DNA of 64,000 nucleotides from Prasinococcaceae sp. CCMP 1430 (GCA_013416795.1 RQSC01000033.1:92583-156582), one strand, 5' to 3'. Shown: positions 30,450-43,249, counted from the stretch's first letter. The notes: generated from the letters alone by a model not told the origin. Numbers and translations are program-made.

Positions 30450-31841
30450 TCAATGGCCTGCTTTGGCGCCGCCTGCGTGGGCGCCCATGGCGCGCTCTGC
30501 AGCATCATCCGCGAGGCGCTTTGCCTGGTCGAGCTGCTCGTCCATGTCTCTGCCCTTTTCGATGGCATCAAAGTCCTCGTTTGCGGCAGCGTGCTCGTCT
30601 TCTAGCCACGCGTCCATCTCTTCAGCCCAGCCGTCGGCCTCGCGAGCGAGCTCCGCCGCATCGGCGGCACCGGCCGGAGGGATGCGCGCGAGCTCCGCCG
30701 CGGACTTGATCAGCGGCGCGATATAAGCCTTGGCCGCCTCGGCCGCGCGAGCTGCCAGCCCGCCAAGCCCACCGCTGGCACCAGCGGCCGCTGCTTCGGC
30801 CTCTTGCAGACGCTCCGAGCCGTACGACGTAAAAGGTGTCGATCCCCTCTGCGTCGCGGGCGCCATCTGGATCGCAACGCGCTCGCCTGCCACCGCCCGC
30901 CGCGGCGGCCGAAGCGGACCGCTGGCAGCCGCCCCGCCGCCCAGCCTCAGCGCACTTAACGCGTCACCGACCGCCCGTGCGTCTCCCGCGCTGCCGGTCT
31001 CCTCCGACACTCCGCCCAGCTCGAGTGTTGGCGCGAGCTCTCTATCTGTGAGCAGCGCGTCCCCGAGCGCGCCCTGGCCGTCGAGGCCGTCGAGGCTCGT
31101 CTCGGCCTCCGCGCCGGCCAGGGGGTTGCGAGCCACGCTTCCCCGCTGTCCCTTCTCAGCGGGCGCGTCGCTGGCACCGACTGTCGCTGCCGCACCAGCG
31201 GCGGGCGCCTCTAGCCTGGCCTTTCTCTCCGCGGCTGCGAGGCCATCCTTGTAGCCATCCATGTAGCCCGCCGAGTACGCGCTGTCCTCAGCCTCGACGC
31301 GTGCGGCACGCGCCGCCCGCGCGTCGTCGTCTCGGCGCGCGCGCTCTGCGCGGAGCTCCCTCGCGAGCAGCCTGATGCGTCCAACGGCGGAGAGTGCAGT
31401 GCGGCGCATACCATCATACCGTGCCCGAATCGACGCGTTGAGCCGCGCGAGGCGAAGCGCGCGCGCCTCAGCCAAGCCGAGCCCTTCAAGAACGGCCGCG
31501 CGCTCCTTGGTACGGTCGCCAGCGACGCGCTCGCGTTCGGCGGCAAGCGTGTTCTCAGCTTGTGCCTGTGCAGCTGCTCGGTCCATCGCCGCGCGCTCGG
31601 CGCTCGCCGCAGCGTCTGCTGCTGCGCCGAGCTCGGTGCGCAGCGCGTCGACCTCGCGTCGCAGGTGCTCGCTGCGCTCGTGCTCGTGGCCGTACCGTGC
31701 AGCGCTCATCTCCGCCTGGGCGTGTGCTGCCGCGGCAGCAAGCCATGGCTGCGCCGCGGGGGCAGGCAGTTGCGTGCCGGTTAAGCCGCCCGTGTAAAGC
31801 GGCACGTTGAACGCGTGCCCCTGCTGCAGCAGCGAGGTTTG

Positions 31842-31939
<98 letters not shown>

Positions 31940-32396
31940 GTTGCTGCAGCCCCAGGTCTGTGCTGGCGGGCGTATGTCTGTGACGGTGCCGTTGTCTGTA
32001 TGAACTGGGCGCATGGGGCGCGTCCGAAGACAGCTCGCCCGCGCCAGGGGCACCCATGCCTCCCGCACGTGCGCCGAGCGCGCGCAGCCACTCAGCGAGC
32101 ATATCGTGGCCGGCCGCAGTCGCAAGCGCGAGTGCGTCGTCGCCGCTGGCGTTGCGCAGGTCGATGTAGGTGAGGTCGGGCGGGTCGGTGTCGTAAGCGC
32201 ACGCGCGAAGCACCGCCTTGGCCGCGCGCTTGGCACCCGCGCGGCACGCGACGTGCAGCAGCGTGTCGCCGCTCGCCGCGTCGAGCGCGGCGCGCGGTGG
32301 CAGGCGCGACAACGCGAGCGCCTTCTTCAGCGCCTTGGCATCGTTGCGCTGCGCAGCGGCGAACGCAGCCTCGATCTCAGGCGACGGGTACGCCAT
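30450..32396 (-). CDS. Ankyrin-repeat protein with polyQ tract and coiled coil
   Basis: GDTLLHVACRAG and GDDALALATAAGHDMLAEWL ankyrin repeats, a CAG-rich polyQ, and a long heptad region. Confidence 0.8.
31843..31946. repeat. (CTG/CAG)n trinucleotide repeat encoding polyQ
   Basis: Over 30 near-consecutive Gln codons on the minus strand. Confidence 0.95.
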
Positions 32397-32659
32397 GCCG
32401 GACCCACCGCGCACACACAGTGGAGTAGTGGAAGAGGGGAGGGGGCGCGTGGGGCCACGCACGCCGCCGCAGGCGCCGCACGCCCCGTGCACGCACAGTG
32501 GCACGGTGCCTGTGCGCCGGCACAACTTGTCTTTCTGTCCCGAGTGCATGCGCATGCACGCACATGCACGCGCGCGTGCGTCGGTGTGTATGTACACGCG
32601 CACACGCGCGCTGTGGAATGGCGATGCGCGGCCGTGTGTGAATGTGTGTGGGGGGAATA

Positions 32660-33667
32660 TTACAACGTGTCTGGCGTCACCACCGGCTCTGCTGCGGGCG
32701 TCGCCACCGGCTCTGCTGCGGGCGTAGCCACCGGCTCTGCTGCGAGCGCCGCCGGCGCAGCGGGCGACGCGGACGGTAGTGTGCCCCGTAGTCTGAGCAC
32801 GCAGAACGCCGCCGCGCAGAAGATCACCCCTGCCCCCGACGCCGCCGCCATGGAGGCCGCCATGCGTGTGGCAGGCGCCGCCCCGAGCCGGCGCAGCAGC
32901 GACGGTGGCGGCAGCGCGATGGGCCTTTCGGCGAGCTGTGCACGCGCGCCCGGCAGCGTGCCTTCCGTGCGAAGCAGCGCAAAGAGCGCGTTCACAACGT
33001 CTGCCATCGCACCCTGAGATAGCCGCACTGGGACCATGGACGGCGTCTTCACGCCCTCGATGGCAAGCGTGTGCACGAGCGTGCCACGGGCAGGCTCGCG
33101 TGTCGCCGCCGCACGTGCCTGCGGCGCATCTTCAATCCACCCTATAGCATGCGCAGCGTGACGCTCGTCCGAGATGGCGGCGCTGTCGGCCAGCGCATCC
33201 ACGTCCACCACGTCGAACTTGCACGAAACCGCACCGTGCCTGCACCACTCACCCTCGCGCACGTCGCCGCACAGGAGGCGCTCCGTGTATCTCCGCGTGC
33301 CTACGACGAGGTCGGTGAGCAGCTCCTCACTACCGTCCACCGCCCACGCGACCCGCGGCGGTTGTGGCGTGATGCCGTCCCATGGCCTTGCGTACGAGCC
33401 CAGCACCGCGCGCTCGAAGAGCTGCAGACGCACGCCGCCCTCGCCGCGCGCGCGTGCGAGCAGCGCCACGTGCCCGCAGCAGTGAAACTCGTCGCCCGCA
33501 GCTGCGGACGCGCCCGACGGCACTGCGTACGCCGCGTCGGGGACGGTGTACGTGTCGGCGGAGGCGGCGGCGGAGGTGGCGTCGCGCGCGCGNCCACACA
33601 GCACGCCGCACTGCGTGTGTGCCGAGGGCGGGGCCGGGGGCACCAAGGGGCGTGTGGCGTGCGTCAT
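32660..33667 (-). CDS. Hypothetical protein with C-terminal hydrophobic segment and AAEPVATP repeats (start uncertain)
   Basis: Long open frame with globular-looking sequence (EFHCCGHVALL..VRLQLFER..IGWIEDAP). The stop is embedded in TGTAA. One N base at 33593. Confidence 0.5.
   Translation of the reverse strand: MTHATRPLVPPAPPSAHTQCGVLCXRARDATSAAASADTYTVPDAAYAVPSGASAAAGDEFHCCGHVALLARARGEGGVRLQLFERAVLGSYARPWDGITPQPPRVAWAVDGSEELLTDLVVGTRRYTERLLCGDVREGEWCRHGAVSCKFDVVDVDALADSAAISDERHAAHAIGWIEDAPQARAAATREPARGTLVHTLAIEGVKTPSMVPVRLSQGAMADVVNALFALLRTEGTLPGARAQLAERPIALPPPSLLRRLGAAPATRMAASMAAASGAGVIFCAAAFCVLRLRGTLPSASPAAPAALAAEPVATPAAEPVATPAAEPVVTPDTL
32680..32745. repeat. 24-bp tandem repeat x~3 (encodes AAEPVATP)
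   Basis: CCACCGGCTCTGCTGCG units at 32680, 32704 and 32728. Confidence 0.9.
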
Positions 33668-34525
33668 GCGCGCGGCGGGGACTCCGCATGGGACGTGTGC
33701 AGGCGCGGTCGTGGCGGCGCGTGGCGCGCAGCGCGGCCGCCGCGCGGGCACGCTGCGTCGTGCGGCTGCGCGTGCCGCAGCGGCTGCACGTCCGGGCGAC
33801 GAGTTCTTCGCGGCGGGCGACGAGCGGCCCATCATCCTATTCGGTGCGAGCGCGCCGCGCCTCGTCGCGTGCGCCTCAGCGCGCGTGGCGCTGCGCGTGC
33901 GGCCAAGAGGCGCTACTCCTCGCGGCGCCCCCCTCCTGACCTCTTCGCGGCGCTCTGCACGTCACGCCTCGCCCGCCTGCGCCGCTCTGCCTGTGGAACG
34001 CACACGCGGGCCCTGGCCACGGCTTGGCGTGCTGCCAGACGGTGTGTGCAACCTCTGCAACAACGGCGTAAACCTCGTGCTGGACCTCGACTCGGTCGGC
34101 CGCGTGCGCATGGCCGCGATGCAGAGCGAGGCCGGGCGCACGCTTCTGCGCCGTGCAGGTCGCGCGGAGGATGACCACACGTCGGTGGTCCTGGTGACTA
34201 AAGAGCGCGCGTACACGCGCTCCGAGGCGGTCTTGCGCATCGGCGAGCTCATGGACCAGGTGCGCTCCATCAGCGGGCGTGCAGGAGCGCGACGCCGCGC
34301 GTGCGTTGGCTGCGCGCCTAGTCGTGACCGATCGACGCGCTGACATGCGCGCTGCCCATTCTCCAGCCGTTCCCGCTCCCTGCGGTGGCAGCGCGCTCGC
34401 TCGTGCCGAGCTTCGTGAGGGACACGCTCTACGATGCCGTCGCAGGGTCGCGCTTCGATCTGTTCGGGCGCTCGGACGAGTGCAGACTCTCCGACGAGCG
34501 CGCCGAGGCGCGCTTCATCGCTTGA
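33666..34525 (+). CDS. DCC family thiol-disulfide oxidoreductase (DCC1-like/DUF393); exons 33666-33843, 34039-34259 and 34367-34525
   Basis: Spliced PIILF|DGVCNLCNNGVN (DxxCxxC), AAMQSEAG..LL, SVVLV..RAYTRSEAVLRI, VP.FVRD.LYD.VA.SRF.LFGRSDEC. Confidence 0.9.
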
Positions 34526-34744
34526 TGCGTTGTACAAAAGTGTAAGATGTGTTCCGTGTTCAGCCGTGCGCTCTCGAGCGCTCGACATTCAAGGCGCTCA
34601 GAGCGTGTGCGTGTCGAATGCGTGCGCCTCTGTTCGCGGCACCGACGACAGGGCCCGAGGCGCGGGCGCTGGCGACGGCGAGCGGAGGCGAGCGACTCCT
34701 CAGACGAGGCGGTGACGTCGAGCTTGACTAGCAACAATAGAAAC

Positions 34745-36036
34745 TTACACCATCGCGAGCTGGCGCTCGACCTCCTCGATCTTACCCCTGATCGAGAGGT
34801 CGATCTGCGTGCTGCCGTCCGAGCCGAGGGTGAGCACCAGGCCACCGATCACCGACTCGTCCACCACCGGCTTGAGCTTGACGCTCTTGGCGCCGGTGAT
34901 GTCCTGCACCTTCTTGGCGATGAGCGCCTGCTGGCCCTCCTCGAGCGCCACCGCCGAGGTCACGGTCGCCAGCGTGGTGTTGGTCTTCGCGCAGTAGAGC
35001 GAGTCGAACTCCGACACGATCGCCTCCACGATGCTGATGCGCTGCTTGTCCACCAGCAGGCACAGGAAGTTCTGCAGGAGCAGGCAGGGCGGAGGAGGCT
35101 TGGGTCAGCATATGGGGAATCCACGCGCGAGGGGCGGCTACGCAAAGGACCACGCCACCGGTGCGCCTACCGGGCGCTGAGCGCGCGAGAGAGGCGAGGC
35201 AGTGAAACTGGGAGGAGGCGAGGCGCGCGGCTGCACACACGGCGGGCCACCAGGCCAGGGACACACCGGCCCTCGCCAAGCGGTTCGGAGTGGACCGGCA
35301 CATCCGCCGTCGCCGCACGCCGCGATCCGCGCCCGAGCGGCGCGAGCCGGTGCGGCTTTCAACACGAGCGAGCGAGCGAGCGAGCGAGACGGCGCAGTCC
35401 GCGACTTCTCCGAGCGCGACGCGCCGCAGCGCGCCCATGCGCACCAGGCCCCGCGGCCCCGCGCGGCCCACGCGGGCCCCGCGGCGGCGCACCGCGCCAG
35501 CCACACTTTTTTGTTTTTGATTCTGGGACCGTCGGTGCACACCGCGCGCGCGCGCACGCGCGCGCGAGGGGCTCTCCCGGCACCCTCTGTGCGCAATGCG
35601 GCGCGCTCGCGGCGCGAGCGGGCTGAAAAGAGCGTGACGATGCCTGCACGCAGGGCGGGTTCCCCCCGGATGCGGCTCGCGCCGCATGCTGGCTGCGTTT
35701 TGCAGCGGTGCGCATGCGCTCGCGCGCGCCAACCGCTGGGCATTTTTTTTTTTCGCGGCCGCGCTCGCGCGGCGCCCCGTACCTTGGTGTAGGTGCACAG
35801 CTCGAGCTCACCCGCGAGCTTGCCGAGCACGTCCTTCTTGTTCTCCGCGTCCATGACCGGGTTCATGAGGAACTCGCGCAGCTCGGCGTTGGCGAGCGCG
35901 CCCGACACCTTGTCGAGGTCGGCGTGCACGGCGTCGAGCACCTTGTTCTCGCTCGCGAGGTCCATGAGCGCGTTGGCGTAGCCCGCCGCCGGGCCGTTGT
36001 CGCCGGCCGCGCGGCACGCGACGCGGCGCGGCGCCG
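34745..36036 (-). CDS. ATPD: Chloroplast ATP synthase CF1 delta subunit; exons (gap)36036-35783 and 35071-34745; 5' part in N-gap
   Basis: AGYANALMDLA, FLMNP, NFLCLLVDKQRI, TLATVTSAVALEEGQQALIAKKVQDITGAKSVKLKPVVDESVIGG, GSTQIDLS. The transit peptide ends VACRA. Confidence 0.95.
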
Positions 36037-37089
36037 NNNNNNNNNNNNNNNNNNNNNNNNNNNNNNNNNNNNNNNNNNNNNNNNNNNNNNNNNNNNNNNN
36101 NNNNNNNNNNNNNNNNNNNNNNNNNNNNNNNNNNNNNNNNNNNNNNNNNNNNNNNNNNNNNNNNNNNNNNNNNNNNNNNNNNNNNNNNNNNNNNNNNNNN
36201 NNNNNNNNNNNNNNNNNNNNNNNNNNNNNNNNNNNNNNNNNNNNNNNNNNNNNNNNNNNNNNNNNNNNNNNNNNNNNNNNNNNNNNNNNNNNNNNNNNNN
36301 NNNNNNNNNNNNNNNNNNNNNNNNNNNNNNNNNNNNNNNNNNNNNNNNNNNNNNNNNNNNNNNNNNNNNNNNNNNNNNNNNNNNNNNNNNNNGCGGCTCA
36401 CGGCGGCCCGGCGGGCGCCCGGCGGATCATACGGCGGCCAGCGGCCGCGCGCGCCGCAGCAGAGATCCCATGCGCGCGGCGGCAGCGGCGAGCGCGCGCC
36501 CACATACAGCCCACATACACAGCCCACATCCACATGCACAGCCAAGCCGGGCCTGCCCGCCCTGTGGGCCAGAGCCAGCGCCCCGGCTGGTCGGCGACCA
36601 CGGACGGTTGAGGTTTGATAAATGGGGTCAGACGCTGTCAGGGTCTCATCCAACCAAGCCAGCGCCAGGCCAGCCGCGCGCGCGCCCGCGGCCGCGCCCG
36701 TTTTTCCGCACGCATTTTCGCGTGATTTTCCTGCCGAGATCTTGGGAAAAAACTTTTTATTCGTAACGGCCGTGCCCTGGTCGGGAGAGATCAGCAATCG
36801 TTCGTTTCATTATCAAAATGGGCGCGTCGCCGCCACCGGCCGGAGCAGCATGGGTCGCCACCGTGGGGGCGGGGCATGCCGACGGCCGCGAGCACCCGCG
36901 CGAGCCGAGAGCTCGGCGCGGCTGCTTGGGGCGCGCGTATTATCATTTCATTATGCGTGGCTCGTACTTGGCGTGCCATCGCCGCAGATGTGTGTGTATG
37001 GCCGCTTCGAACCACTTGGGCCCGCCGAGGCCTCGCTCCTTTCGCTGGGCTCGAGCGATCGCCGCGGCGCGCGTCCAGACTGCGCGTTC

Positions 37090-38572
37090 TCACGCGATGT
37101 GGAACTGCGTCACGCACAACGCTGCGCGCGGGTGCCCGGGGAGGTCGACCTCCTGCCACGGGGAGAAGAGGCGCAGCTCGCTGCCCGCGCCGACGAGGGC
37201 CGACTTGCCGGGCAGAACGACCACGACGGCGTCGCCGACGTCTCGCGCCTCTGCCATCCAGGGCGAGCTGGCCGCAGGCTCCAGCACGTCGCACGAGCAC
37301 GTCAGCGCGGGTCCATCGCGCGCGTATGCCTTGACCCGGAGCGTGGCGTCGGCCGGCATGTTGGGGCGCTCGGCCAGCTGCCGAGCGAGCCTGTCCGCCG
37401 CCGCGCGCTCCTGCGCGACCAGTCTGCCGAGCCGCTTCACGGCGCTCGCGCCGGAGCGCGCTGCGCCCCCACCCAGCGGGCTCGTCTTGGAGCGCGGCGC
37501 CGCGCCCTTGTCGGCGCCAGCGGCGAAGCGCTCCTCGCCCAAGTGCGCGAGGAAGCCCATTGCCCCACCCGCGGGCAGGGATTGCGACGGCGACGCAGGC
37601 TCGGCCTCGGCGGCCGCGCCCTGCTCGGGGGGTGCACTCTCCGCGTCGGGCTGGGCGGTGGCGTCCATGGCATTTCCGGAAAGGTGCTCCTGAGGCACCT
37701 GCGCGCTGTCATCGCTGCAGCCGATGTCGTCGATGGCCACCACATTGCGACGAGTCGGCGTGCGCTGTTTTCTCGGCGAGAGGACGCGCTCGCCGCGCGA
37801 CTGCCAAGGTGGGAGCTCAGCTGCGGCCTGTGCGTCTTCTGGCAGCGTCGCCAGCTGCTGGGCGAAGGTCGCGGCAGCCGGGCGGCTTTCCTCATCCCCG
37901 AGTGTTCCTCCTGCCCCGTTGCCGTGGCGTTCTCGCCTCTTCCTCGGCGGTGGCGCTGCCGAGAACGGGCCGCGGCGCGCTCGTGCCCCTCCCCTCGCCC
38001 GACCATCGCGCGCGTGTGGCAGCTGCCTCTTGCGTCGGTCCGAGTGTTCCCGCCGCTGCTGGTGTGAATGCTGCGGACGTGGCTGCTCTTGAGCTCGTCC
38101 GCGCGCCCCCTGCTCTGTCTCCTCCTCCTCCTGCTGCTGCTGCTGTCCCTGCTGCTGTCCCTGCTGCTGCGGCTGCGCCAGGAACGCCAGCGGTTGTTGC
38201 TGCGCCCCGCCGCCATTGCGGGCACCCCCTTGCACGCTGCGCGACGTGGCACCTTCTCCCACGCGCGTCGACCCCGACGGATCAGTGGCCTTGGCCGGCC
38301 GCTGCGGAGGGCGCGTCGTCTTCTTTTGCCACGGCATGACGACCGCGGGCGCCTCCTGCCGCTGCTTCGCGCCGCCGCCACCGCCGCCGCGCTCGCGCTT
38401 GCGCTTGCGCGTGGCCGCCGCTGTGGCGGGCGCGCTGCGCGCTCTGGCGCCTCCGCGCGTTTCCGGGCGCGCCTCCGACGACCGACGCGCGTGGTGCCTC
38501 TCCCGCCGGCCGGCGTGCACCGCGCCCTTACCCCGGTCTTCCGCGGACGAACCCGCCGTAGCGCCCGGTCAT
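37090..38572 (-). CDS. SPIDR-like protein: disordered N-terminus plus C-terminal DUF4502/OB-like domain; tentative first exon 38572-38532 (GTAAGG donor)
   Basis: AVKRLGRLVAQERAAA...LRVKAY...C.C...VVVLP..A..GAGSELRLFSPWQEVDLP...LCVTQF resembles the SPIDR segment RL..L..RERSA...LTVKIL...VLF...VRIFPPWQKL.IP...ILNTYF. Confidence 0.55.
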
Positions 38573-39349
38573 TCTGCCGATCCGTGATATGAATCCAGGT
38601 AAGCCCGCCGTAGACCGGGATCGTTCGGCCGCGAGATGTGGCATCGCGAGGGCCGGGTCGACATGGCTGGCTGGCTTGGGGCAGCTCGAAATGGCTGTGG
38701 TTCCCAGCCAGTTCGAACTCCGTCGAGGTGAGATGAGATGACTGTCGTGCCGGCGGTGGCGGGTCCCGTACATGCACATACCGGATGGTACACGTGGGGA
38801 GAGGGTGTGTCTTGGGACGCGCCGATCGTCGCCCGCGTGGTCACCGTGGCGACGGCGCGGGTGTGCGGGTGTGTGCCCCCCCATACACACACCCCGCGCG
38901 CCTCGTGCGAAAAAAGACTGGCGGAGGAAACTTGGCATGATGAGAACGCTCTTTTTGCCGGCTCGGCCGGTTTGTCGCGCCGCTTGCCGCGGCCCTCGAA
39001 TATGAGCTTTCCCGTGGTTTTAAATTTGCTCAGAAACGCATTGGTGGCATTCGAATCGCGCGTCGCGGCCGCCGCGCCCCTCTTCGCGCCGGCCGAAATT
39101 TCGGGGCGTGACGGAGCGGTTCGTTTCGAAAGGGGCCTGTGCGCGCGCTTTTGACGGGCCCGCTTTTTCGTGCGCGCGCGAAAAGCGCGCCGGCCGCCCT
39201 GCCGCCCGGCGGCTGGCATCCTCGCCTATTCGCGCGCGGCGAAAAACGAACGGATGCGCGCGCGGCCGTTCGAAAAACGGGTTCGAAAGTGGGTGCGGCG
39301 CCGCTCCGGCGGGGCGGCGGCGCGCGCGCGCGGGCATGCCCGCAGGCGT

Positions 39350-39379
39350 TTTCGGTTTCGGTTTCGGTTTCGGTTTCGG
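39350..39379. repeat. (TTTCGG)5 hexamer array in a divergent promoter
   Basis: Five perfect copies. Confidence 0.9.
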
Positions 39380-39601
39380 CCGTTCGTCTCCGTTCCAACC
39401 AACAAACACCATCATCTTCAATCAATCAACGCACAGACAGACAGACGGCAGCAGTCATCGTCGTCCAGCCGGCGTGTGCGCTCCGGATCCGCGGCTGGGT
39501 GCGGGCCACGCGGTCGCGCGCGGTCGCGCGCGGCGCGGCGCGGCGAGAACGGGGTCCGCGGCGGGGGTCGGCGCGCGCGGGCGCGCGCGCAAAATTTTCC
39601 G

Positions 39602-39637
39602 CGCATTCGCATTCGCATTCGCATTCGCTTTCGCATT
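39602..39637. repeat. (CGCATT)6 hexamer array (one variant copy)
   Basis: Six tandem copies upstream of the CPS gene. Confidence 0.9.
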
Positions 39638-39806
39638 CGCGCGCTGGCTTTGGGCGCCGCGCGAGGCCCCCCGTAAATGCGCCTTCGGTCGGGGGCGGCG
39701 GTTTCGCGCCCGCGCTTTCGGGAGGCGCTCGCGGTCGGTTCATGAAGNGAGAGCGCCAGCGCGAGCAGGCGGCTAGCGCCTCCATACTGAGGCTGACCCC
39801 GCACAG

Positions 39807-40102
39807 CGGCGCTCTGGGCTTGCTCACGACGGTTGGCGTGTGCCTACCGCTCGCCCACGCGCTCTATGTGGCGAGTGCATGGGCGCAAAAAGCGTGGCCC
39901 GCGCCGCGCCGCGCCGCGCGCCGATGCCGAGTTCTCGACGTTCGGCGAGAGCATGAGCGCGGTCGGCAAGCGCACCGATCTGAAGACCATCATGGTGCTC
40001 GGCGCCGGCCCGATCGTCATCGGCCAGGCGTGCGAGTTCGACTACAGTGGCACGCAGGCGTGCAAGGCGCTCAAGGCGGAGGGCTACCGCGTCGTGCTGA
40101 TC

Positions 40103-40134
<32 letters not shown>

Positions 40135-40673
40135 GGACACGGCCGACCGCACGTACGTCGGGCCGATGACGCCCGAGCTGGTGGAGGACATCCTGGCCAA
40201 GGAGAAGCCCGACGCGATCCTGCCCACCATGGGCGGTCAGACGGCGCTCAACCTCGCCGTCGCGCTCGCCACCAACGGCGCGCTCGAGCGCCACGGCGTG
40301 GAGCTCATCGGCGCCAAGCTCGATGCGATCAACAAGGCCGAGGACCGCGAGCTCTTCAAGCAGGCGATGGACAAGCTGGGCTTCAACACGCCCATCTCGA
40401 AGACGTGCAAGACCATGGACGAGTGCTGGGCGGCCGCCGAGCTCATCGGTGAGTACCCCATCATCATCCGCCCGGCCTTCACGCTCGGCGGCACCGGCGG
40501 TGGCATCGCGTACAACCCCACGGAGTTCGAGGAGATCTGCACGGCCGGCATGGACGCCTCGCTCACCGATCAGGTGCTCGTCGAGAAGTCGCTGCTCGGC
40601 TGGAAGGAGTACGAGCTCGAGGTGATGCGTGACCTGGCGGACAACGTCGTCATCATCTGCTCCATCGAGAACA

Positions 40674-40704
<31 letters not shown>

Positions 40705-41662
40705 CATCACGCTCGCGCCGGCGCAGACGCTCACCGACAAGGAGTACCAGCGCCTGCGCGACATCTCCGTCGACATCATCCGCGAGATCGGCGTCGAGTG
40801 CGGCGGCTCCAACGTGCAGATGGCCGTCAACCCCAAGGACGGCGAGGTCATGATCATCGAGATGAACCCGCGCGTGTCGCGCTCGTCCGCGCTCGCGTCG
40901 AAGGCCACTGGCTTCCCCATCGCCAAGATGGCGGCGAAGCTGTCCGTGGGCTACACGCTCGACCAGATCCCCAACGACATCACGCGCATGACGCCCGCGT
41001 CCTTCGAGCCTTCCATCGACTACGTCGTGTCCAAGATTCCCCGCTTCGCCTTCGAGAAGTTCCCGGGGAGCGAGCCCGTGCTCACGACCCAGATGAAGTC
41101 CGTCGGCGAGGTGATGGCCATCGGCCGCACCTTCCAGGAGTCGTTCCAGAAGGCGCTGCGCGGCCTGGAGACCGGCGCCGTGGGCTTCTCGGCGCTCGGC
41201 AACATGTGCCCCACCATGGACATGGCGGAGCTCAAGTACAACCTGCGCACGCCCAACCCCGAGCGCATGTACTACATTTGCCGTGCGCTGCAGATGGGCA
41301 TGACCGAGGAGGAGGTCATCGAGCTCACCTCGATGGACCCGTGGTTCGTCAACCAGCTCGCCGAGATCGCGAGGACCGAGAGCTGGCTGATGGGCCAGAA
41401 CATCCAGTCGCTCACCCCCAACGACTGGCGGAACCTCAAGCGCATGGGCTTCGGCGACAAGCAGATCGCGATGGCCACCGGCGCCGACGAGATGGACGTG
41501 CGCGCCAAGAGGGTGGAGGCCGGCGTGAAGCCCGTGTACAAGAAGGTGGACACCTGCGCGGCCGAGTTCAACGCCGACACGCCCTACCTGTACAGCACGT
41601 ACGAGGACGAGTGCGAGTCCAACCCCAGCGACAAGCGCAAGGTGCTGATCATCGGCGGCGGC

Positions 41663-41704
<42 letters not shown>

Positions 41705-43249
41705 TGCCACGCCGCGTTCTCGCTGCACGACGCCGGCTACGAGACCATCATGATGAACAGCAACCCCGAGACCGTCAGCACTGACTACGACACCTCGGAC
41801 CGCCTGTACTTCGAGCCGCTCACCGTGGAGGACGTGCTCAACGTCATCGAGACAGAGAAGCCGGAGGGCATCATCGTGCAGTTCGGCGGCCAGACCCCGC
41901 TCAAGCTGGCCGTGCCCCTGCAGAAGTACCTCGAGGAGACGAAGATCCCCGTGGCCTACTCCACCGGCGACGACTCGGACGCCGTCGTCAAGATCTGGGG
42001 CACGCAGCCCGAGGCCATCGACGCCGCCGAGGATCGCGACCAGTTCTCGGCGATGCTCAAGAAGCTGGGCATCTCGCAGCCCGCCGGTGGCATCGCTCGC
42101 AGCGTGGAGCAGGCGGAGACCGTGGCGCGTGACGTGGGCTACCCCGTGGTGGTGCGCCCGTCCTACGTGCTGGGTGGCCGCGCGATGGAGATCGTGCGCA
42201 GCGAGGACCAGCTCAGGGGGTACATCGAGAAGGCGATCGCAGTCGATCCTGACCAGCCGATCCTGGTGGACAAGTACCTGGAGAACGCGGTGGAGATCGA
42301 CGTGGACTCGCTGGCGGACAAGGACGGCAACGTGGTGATTGGTGGCATCATGGAGCACATCGAGCAGGCGGGCGTGCACAGCGGTGACTCCGCGTGCGCG
42401 CTGCCCGCGATGACGGTTCCCGCCGACGCGCTGGACCTGATCCGCAAGCAGACGGTGGCGCTCGCGCGCGAGCTTGGCGTGGTGGGGCTCATGAACTGCC
42501 AGTACGCCGTCAAGTGGGGGCCCGGCGGCAGCGACGTGTACATTTTGGAGGCGAACCCGCGCGCCAGCCGCACGGTCCCCTTCGTGTCGAAGGCCATCGG
42601 CAAGCCGCTGGCGACGTACGCCTCGCTGGTCATGTCGGGCAAGACGCTGTCCGACATCGGCTTCACCGAGGAGATCATCCCCAACCACGTGGCGGTCAAG
42701 GAGGCTGTGCTTCCCTTCGACAAGTTCGCGGGCACCGACACGCTGCTGGGGCCCGAGATGCGCTCCACGGGCGAGGTGATGGGCATTGACAAGACGCTGC
42801 CCATGGCCTTCGCCAAGGCGGAGCTCGCGGCCTTGCAGCGGCTGCCCAAGAGCGGCACCATCTTCATCTCGGTGAACGACCTGAGCAAGGGCGCCATCGC
42901 GCGGGTGGCCGAGAAGTTCGTGTCGCTGGGCTTTGACGTCTGCGCCACTGAGGGCACGGCCTCGGCCATCAGGCAGATCAACGTGCCGTGCGAGACCGTG
43001 CTCAAGGTGCACGAGGGCAGGCCGAACATCGGCGACCGCGTCGCCGCGGGCGACATCGCCATGATGGTCGTCATCTCGAGCGGCGACGAGCGCGACCTGG
43101 AGGACGGCAAGAAGCTGCGCCGCTCGGCGCTGCAGTTCAAGGTGCCCCTCGTGACCACCGTCGCTGCCGCGCGTGCCAACGCCGCGGCCATTGAGGGCAT
43201 GGCGACGGAGGCCGTCGAGATGCTCGCGCTGCAGGACTACCACAACTGA
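39807..43249 (+). CDS. carB: Carbamoyl-phosphate synthase large chain (plastid); main exon follows a CTGAC..CAG acceptor at 39806; tentative first exon from ATG 39677
   Basis: [97 protein letters not shown], and a C-terminal MGS domain. Confidence 0.98.

Noticed and set aside
36432-36471. Short exon MGSLLRRARPLAA with GTATGA donor as ATPD exon 1
   Set aside because: Plausible but separated from the ATPD body by an N-gap, so it cannot be assigned.
39175-39184. E2F-like TTTCGCGC sites (also about 50031)
   Set aside because: Expected by chance in CG-repeat-rich promoters, so not reported as a feature.
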